Assembly: GCA_016722065.1 (NCBI GenBank)
Contig: JADKGX010000002.1
Span: forward strand, 202,256 to 266,255
Length of the DNA: 64,000 nucleotides
From: Planctomycetota bacterium
GTDB lineage: Bacteria; Planctomycetota; UBA8742; UBA2392
Reading direction: 5' to 3'
Shown here: in pieces, positions 59,201-64,000 of the stretch
Layout of the letters: every line of letters begins with the position of its first letter
Numbering within the stretch: the stretch's first letter is position 1
The notes under the pieces: generated by a model
What the model saw: the letters and a program-made list of their open reading frames with translations, nothing else
Told to the model about the DNA's origin: nothing
The model's database searches: none
Made by a program: the position numbers and the translations under genes

Positions 59201-59938
59201 GTGGCCGGTGAAATGCAGTGGAAGGCCATGCTGGCCATCCTGGCAGCCCTGATTGTTACGGTTGTGTACATTCGCCTGCGCTTTGCCGCCGTTTCGTGGG
59301 GCATTGCCGCGGTGATCGGCCTGATTCACGACTGCTTCCTCACGGTGGCAGCCATCGGTATCGCCGACGCGCTGGGCATGGACATCAAGATTGACATGAC
59401 CGTGGTTGCGGCGTTGCTGACCGTGATTGGTTACTCGCTGAACAACACGATCGTAGAGTTCGACCGTACCCGCGAAAACCTGAAGAAGGACCGCCTGCTG
59501 ACCGGCGGCAAGACACCACTGAGGCAGGTAATCAACGACGCCGTGAACCAGATGCTGTCGCGGACCATCCTGACTTCAGGTACCACGCTGGTGACCACGC
59601 TTTCCATGCTGTTCCTGGGCGGCCCGCTGCTTAAGGGTTTCGCCTTTGCCATGACCATGGGTGTGTTCCTGGGTACCTTCAGTTCGGTGTACATCGCCGG
59701 CCCGATCCGCATTCTTCTGGCCCGCGGCGAAACCGACCTGCTGGACATGACCGAAGAAGAAATGGAACGCGAAGGCCTGAAGGACACACCAGCCGAAACC
59801 GAAGCAAGCGACGAAGAACCTGACTTCTCCGACGATGCAGAGGACAAAGCCGACAAGCCACAAGAAGACAAAAAGCCCGAAGCCACCGGGGACAAGCCCG
59901 CCGAGGGCACCCCAGGCAGTGAAGGCGACAAGAAGTAA
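56234..59938 (+). CDS. secDF: fused protein-export membrane protein SecDF with N-terminal EF-hand motif, enlarged second periplasmic domain and acidic tail
   Basis: SecD TM bundle ([34 protein letters not shown]) and SecF TM bundle ([23 protein letters not shown]). AAGGA SD 7 nt upstream. Confidence 0.9.
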   Translation: [1234 protein letters not shown]

Positions 59939-59962
59939 GCTGGTGCCATTGAGCGACTGAAC

Positions 59963-59992
59963 AGGGCGGCCTTGCGGGGCCGCCCTTGTTCT
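59963..59992 (+). terminator. stem-loop terminator after secDF
   Basis: agggcggcc-ttgcgg-ggccgccct is a 9-bp stem, followed by tgttct. Confidence 0.5.
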
Positions 59993-60004
59993 GCCGGAGC
60001 AGCC

Positions 60005-61147
60005 ATGGGTGACGCAAACATAGACGACCTGCGCGACCAGATTGACAGCCTGGATGCAGAGTTGCTGAAGCGGCTGGCTGATCGGGCAGAGCTTTCCGCC
60101 CGCATTGCCAGGGCCAAACGCGAACGCAACCTGCCCAGCCGCGACCCGCAGCGAGAACAAGCCATGCTGGAGCGCGCCCGCACCAACCCGCCCGCGCCGT
60201 TTTCGCCTGAGGCCGCCCGCGACGCACTGGCGGCCCTGATTGAGGCCACCCGCGCCACCGCCGTCTTGCGTGGCAGCAACGCCCGGGCACGAAACATCGC
60301 CATTGTCGGTCTTGGCCTGATGGGAGGCAGCCTGGCCAAAGCCTGCAAGGCCGCCAACCCCGGGCACAAGCTGACCGGCGTAGACGTTGCCGCGCGGCTT
60401 GAGGCACCACGTGCAAGCGGCCTGTTTGCTTCACTGCATGAAGAGTCCGACGGCAAGGCGGCGGTTCAAAACGCGGACATCGTGTTCCTGTGCGCCGCGC
60501 CCATGATCAACGTCGGCTTGCTGGCCAGTGTACGCAAGGACGTCGGGCCCGATTGTGTCGTGACGGACCTTGGCGGCTTGAAAACAGAAATCTGCCACGA
60601 AGCCGACAAGCACTTTTCGCTCGAGCACGGCCCCTGGTTTGTCGGCGGCCACCCCATGGCCGGGCTGGCCACCAGCGGTTTTGCCAACGCCAGGGCGGAA
60701 CTGTTTGTCGATCGCCCCTGGGTACTGACTCCACGCCCCAAACAGTCGCTGGGCCCGCTCAAGGCGTTGCAGGAGCTGATTGAATCCCTGGGCGCGCGCC
60801 TTGCCCTGCTGACAGCCGAGGACCACGACCGCACCGTTGTGCCAACCAGCCACTTGCCGCAGTTGCTTTCTGTGGCTTTGACGCTGTGCGTCGGCGGGCG
60901 CGATCGCGGTCTGGCTGGCCCGGCGCTGAAGGCCATGACGCGGCTTGCGGACTCCCCGCCCGAACTATGGACAGAGCTGCTACACACCCGCAACAGCCAG
61001 GTCACAACCGAGTTGCAGCGCTTTCGCAGTTACTTGAGTGACCTGGAAATGGCCGTGGCCTTTCGGGAGCCGCTCAAGCGCTGGTTTGACAAAGCCGCTG
61101 GTCTGCGCGCCGCGCTTGACGTTGCCCCGCGTGACAACCCGGCATAG
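60005..61147 (+). CDS. tyrA: bifunctional chorismate mutase / prephenate dehydrogenase
   Basis: N-terminal CM_2 helix pattern (IDDLRDQIDSLDAELLKRLADRAELSARIARAK), then IAIVGLGLMGGSLAKA Rossmann fold and the PDH domain. GGAG SD. Confidence 0.85.
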   Translation: MGDANIDDLRDQIDSLDAELLKRLADRAELSARIARAKRERNLPSRDPQREQAMLERARTNPPAPFSPEAARDALAALIEATRATAVLRGSNARARNIAIVGLGLMGGSLAKACKAANPGHKLTGVDVAARLEAPRASGLFASLHEESDGKAAVQNADIVFLCAAPMINVGLLASVRKDVGPDCVVTDLGGLKTEICHEADKHFSLEHGPWFVGGHPMAGLATSGFANARAELFVDRPWVLTPRPKQSLGPLKALQELIESLGARLALLTAEDHDRTVVPTSHLPQLLSVALTLCVGGRDRGLAGPALKAMTRLADSPPELWTELLHTRNSQVTTELQRFRSYLSDLEMAVAFREPLKRWFDKAAGLRAALDVAPRDNPA

Positions 61148-61161
61148 ACTCACTGCCCTGC

Positions 61162-63117
61162 ATGGACAATCCGCCGACCGACAATCCGTTTCCGCAACTG
61201 GCGGCCCTGGCCGGGCGTTTGCGCAATCTGGCCACTGACGAACCCGGGCGCGCAGAAGTAATGGCGGAACTTGACGCCGGGTATTGGCGTACGCTTACGG
61301 CCGCCCTGCGCGCCGCAGCGACAGCGCCCCTGGCGCCGGAACTCAGGCTCGACACAGCTACAACCGCCCTGGCCGATTTTGGCGTACTGTCTGCCGCTTT
61401 GGCCCCGGTGCTGGAACAGCCACGACAACCCGCTTTGGCCACGCAGTGGTTTCATCAGGCATTGGCCGAAGTCTGGCAGGACCGACTGCGCTTTGCGGCA
61501 TTACAGCACGCTAAGCGAAGGCTGCAGGCCGTGATGTCGGATCTTCGGGAATGGCCGGAATTCCACCTGGCCTTGATTCGAACCCGCGACCAGATGGTAC
61601 TCAACGCGCTGGGTGATTCGCCGGGCGCGCAGCACGTGTTGCGCCTGTTCAGTGAAATGGACGAGCGGCTGGAACAATTCAAGCGCTGGGAGCACCGCAG
61701 CCAGCAAGGCTTTCACGCCCACGCCGACCGCAAGCAGTGGCTTTCGATCAAGGCCTACATGGACGAACGCCGCGCGCAGCAGGACCCGTTGCTGCAACCA
61801 CTGCGAGAGCGCGCCGCGCGACTGCACGAACAGCTGGGCCAACTGGAAAGCGCTGTTTCACGCGCCTTTGCGGACTTCAAAGCCGCGCAGCGTGATTCCG
61901 AGCTTGCCCAGCGCGCGATTCTGCGCTTGCGCCAGAGTACAGCCGAGGAAGCAAGCCTGTTTCAGGCACAGCGGAATCTGGCCGAGGCGATGTTCGCCCA
62001 GGAATCCGCCCAGAAGCGCATGGCACAGGCGCAATCAGAATCAGACGCCCTGCGCACCATGCACTGGACCGCGCTGGCTTGCGAACAGCTGGAATCCGCC
62101 GCCGAAGCGGTGTCTGACAGTGTCGGCCGGCTGCTGGAACTACACCAGCTTCGGCAGGAGGAAGAGGCAGCAGTAGAGGCCGAGCAACGCGCGTCGGCCC
62201 AGGTAACACCCGAGGAAATCCGCGACGCCCTGCAAACGGAGGCCGCGTCCCTGCGCGGGCAGCTTCGACTGGCCGCCAACTATGCCCGCGTGCCGGAATG
62301 CAGTGTTGCGTTGGATGAACAGACCTGGCTTTCACCCGCCGACGCCCACCAAGCGATGACACACATTGAGCAATTCGACCCACGCGTCTTTGCCAATGAC
62401 CACGTGCGGCGACACGGCCGCCCCTCGATACTGCTCGCCCCCGGCCACGGCGAAGCCGTTTATGACGCCGACCACAACCGCCTGACGGTGCCCTTGCACC
62501 CCGTTGCGGGCGCCTTGGCCAGCCTGGCCAGTGGTATTGCGTTGTACCGCCTGCATGTTGATTCGCTGGACGGCAAGCAGGTGCTGCTGAACAGTTTTCG
62601 CGACGCGCTGCCGGAAAGCACCCGCCCGCGCAGCAAGCTGAAGCTGCGAAACCGGCTGTGGGCGGACTATCGCACATGGATCAGCGCGGAATCGCTGGGC
62701 GAGAGGGTTCTAGACCGCGAGGCCCGGCTGTGGTTCGAAGCGCGCATTGCACCTTCCAAGGGCGACCCCTGGGTGCCTGTGGCGATGCTGGATTTGAACG
62801 AGCGCCAGGTACAAAGCCGCCTGCTGGAGCTGGAAAAGGCTCCGCCCGGCCCGGACCGCCACCTGCTGGGTGCGATTCTGCACTGGCTGCTGGCCCCGCA
62901 TTCGCGTGAATCCATTTCCATGAACGTCTTGCCACGCATTGATAGTGCGCTGCTGGCAAACCCCGATGACCCGGCAACGCTGTATTCAGGGGCCGCGCTG
63001 CATATGAAGGCCAAGTCGTTTCAGCGCGCGATTGCGCTGTTTGAGGCCTTTCAAGCCAAGGCACCCAAAAGCTGGTGGACGCGCAAGGCCGCAGAACTCA
63101 GCGCCCAGTGCCGCTAG
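61162..63117 (+). CDS. hypothetical protein (651 aa), helical, TPR-like C-terminus
   Basis: Long protein-like ORF 14 nt after tyrA. No family recognised. The 3' end overlaps the pdxJ 3' end by 20 nt (convergent). Confidence 0.65.
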   Translation: MDNPPTDNPFPQLAALAGRLRNLATDEPGRAEVMAELDAGYWRTLTAALRAAATAPLAPELRLDTATTALADFGVLSAALAPVLEQPRQPALATQWFHQALAEVWQDRLRFAALQHAKRRLQAVMSDLREWPEFHLALIRTRDQMVLNALGDSPGAQHVLRLFSEMDERLEQFKRWEHRSQQGFHAHADRKQWLSIKAYMDERRAQQDPLLQPLRERAARLHEQLGQLESAVSRAFADFKAAQRDSELAQRAILRLRQSTAEEASLFQAQRNLAEAMFAQESAQKRMAQAQSESDALRTMHWTALACEQLESAAEAVSDSVGRLLELHQLRQEEEAAVEAEQRASAQVTPEEIRDALQTEAASLRGQLRLAANYARVPECSVALDEQTWLSPADAHQAMTHIEQFDPRVFANDHVRRHGRPSILLAPGHGEAVYDADHNRLTVPLHPVAGALASLASGIALYRLHVDSLDGKQVLLNSFRDALPESTRPRSKLKLRNRLWADYRTWISAESLGERVLDREARLWFEARIAPSKGDPWVPVAMLDLNERQVQSRLLELEKAPPGPDRHLLGAILHWLLAPHSRESISMNVLPRIDSALLANPDDPATLYSGAALHMKAKSFQRAIALFEAFQAKAPKSWWTRKAAELSAQCR

Positions 63118-63832
63118 CCTGACGCACCAGCCCCTTCATTTCCCGCACCGCGGCATCCAGCCCGTAAAACACAGCCCGGCTGATTACGCTGTGGCCAATG
63201 TTCACCTTGGCGACCGCAACCCGCGCAAGCAGTGGACCGATATTGTCATAGTTCAAGCCATGGCCCGCGTGCACGTGCAACCCGGCTTTCGCAGCCGCCA
63301 GCGCGGCGGTGTGCAGGCGCGTCAACTGGGTGCTGGCGTCGCTGGCATTGTGCGCATGGGAATAGGGCCCGGTGTGAAGCTCCACGGTTTGGGCACCAAG
63401 GTCGCGCGCGGCGGCAACCTGACTTGGTTCTGCGTCGACAAAAATACTCACGCACATGCCCGCGCCCAGCAGCCGGCCAATCACTGGTGCCAGCGTGGCC
63501 CTGTGCGCGAGGCAATCCAGCCCGCCTTCGGTGGTCACTTCCTGCCGGCGCTCCGGCACCAACATGACCTCCAGGGGATGAACCTCCAGGGCCAGGCGCA
63601 CGATGGGTTCGGCTGGCGCCATCTCAAGTTGCAGGCTGGTAGTCACGGCCTTTCGCAGGCGCCGCAGGTCGTCATCGCGGATGTGCCGGCGGTCCTCCCG
63701 GACATGGCACACAATGCTGTCCGCGCCCGCCTTTTCGGCTGCCAGGGCAGCCTGGACCGGGTCCGGTTCTGTGCCTCCGCGCGCATTGCGCAGCGTTGCC
63801 ACGTGGTCGATATTCACGCCAAGCAGGGTCAT
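63098..63832 (-). CDS. pdxJ: pyridoxine 5'-phosphate synthase
   Basis: LGVNIDHVATLRNARGG.EPDPV.AA..AE.AGAD.I..H.REDRRHI.D.D matches the PdxJ signature. Confidence 0.95.
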   Translation of the reverse strand: MTLLGVNIDHVATLRNARGGTEPDPVQAALAAEKAGADSIVCHVREDRRHIRDDDLRRLRKAVTTSLQLEMAPAEPIVRLALEVHPLEVMLVPERRQEVTTEGGLDCLAHRATLAPVIGRLLGAGMCVSIFVDAEPSQVAAARDLGAQTVELHTGPYSHAHNASDASTQLTRLHTAALAAAKAGLHVHAGHGLNYDNIGPLLARVAVAKVNIGHSVISRAVFYGLDAAVREMKGLVRQASGTGR

Positions 63833-63878
63833 TGCTGCCTTTCCAGCGAGTATGGGCCGGCACTATACTTGTGAACTC

Positions 63879-64000
63879 ATGCGCGTGCTTGGAATCCATG
63901 ACGGCCGGGACCCTTGCGTGGCGCTGCTGCAGGACGGGGCAGTGTCGCGCATTGTGTTTGAGGCCGAGTTCGCCAGCGAGCCCTTTGAAATCACCGGCTT
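63879..64000 (+). CDS. 5' fragment of an ASKHA-fold/carbamoyltransferase-like gene (truncated by window end)
   Basis: ATG at 63879. MRVLGIHDGRDPCVALLQDGAVSRIVFEAEF resembles the N-termini of NodU/CmcH-type carbamoyltransferases. Only about 40 aa are visible. Confidence 0.3.
   Translation, partial: MRVLGIHDGRDPCVALLQDGAVSRIVFEAEFASEPFEITG

Overview
By eye this is a high-GC, very gene-dense chromosomal segment from a diderm bacterium. The domain architectures suggest a PVC/Planctomycetota-like lineage, but that is inference only: a fused SecDF of more than 1200 aa, HEAT-repeat extensions on enzymes, a zinc-ribbon/TM/prenyltransferase-like-repeat protein, many lipobox lipoproteins, and LptE-like/OmpA/Mla components. 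I can support about 50 protein-coding genes, and most are housekeeping. They include pepN-like M1 and S41 peptidases; an mlaE-mlaF operon with two tandem MCE genes; pgpA; an RsbU/RsbW/RsbV-type partner-switching module; hisS; and rimO. A long minus-strand array runs ftsH-folP-cdaA-cdaR-(giant secreted protein)-cmk-...-M16 peptidase-...-OmpA-like. The remainder includes recO, a CNNM/CorC transporter, glmS, a MarR regulator, purF, nusA-infB, yajC-secDF, tyrA (CM/PDH fusion) and pdxJ. I found no rRNA, tRNA, CRISPR array, transposase/integrase or recognisable defence or toxin-antitoxin genes, so I cannot honestly point to a clear novel system. Most long track ORFs lying antisense to these genes are high-GC shadow ORFs. 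The most check-worthy observations are listed here. (1) A one-base frame break at an AGAGAG tract inside an otherwise intact HAMP-PP2C phosphatase that heads the partner-switching module. (2) A structured AT-richer element (13-nt direct repeat x2, palindrome, sigma54-like -24/-12) upstream of a PEGA lipoprotein gene, sharing a 16/17-nt motif with the next upstream intergenic region. (3) A canonical EF-hand loop and a greatly expanded second periplasmic domain in SecDF. (4) A roughly 1100-aa secreted protein embedded between cdaR and cmk. (5) A near-consensus promoter plus leader terminator in front of nusA, with no rimP. (6) Several conserved-looking hypothetical envelope proteins. All coordinates come from the ORF track, with starts refined by reading the sequence. 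No database search was possible.
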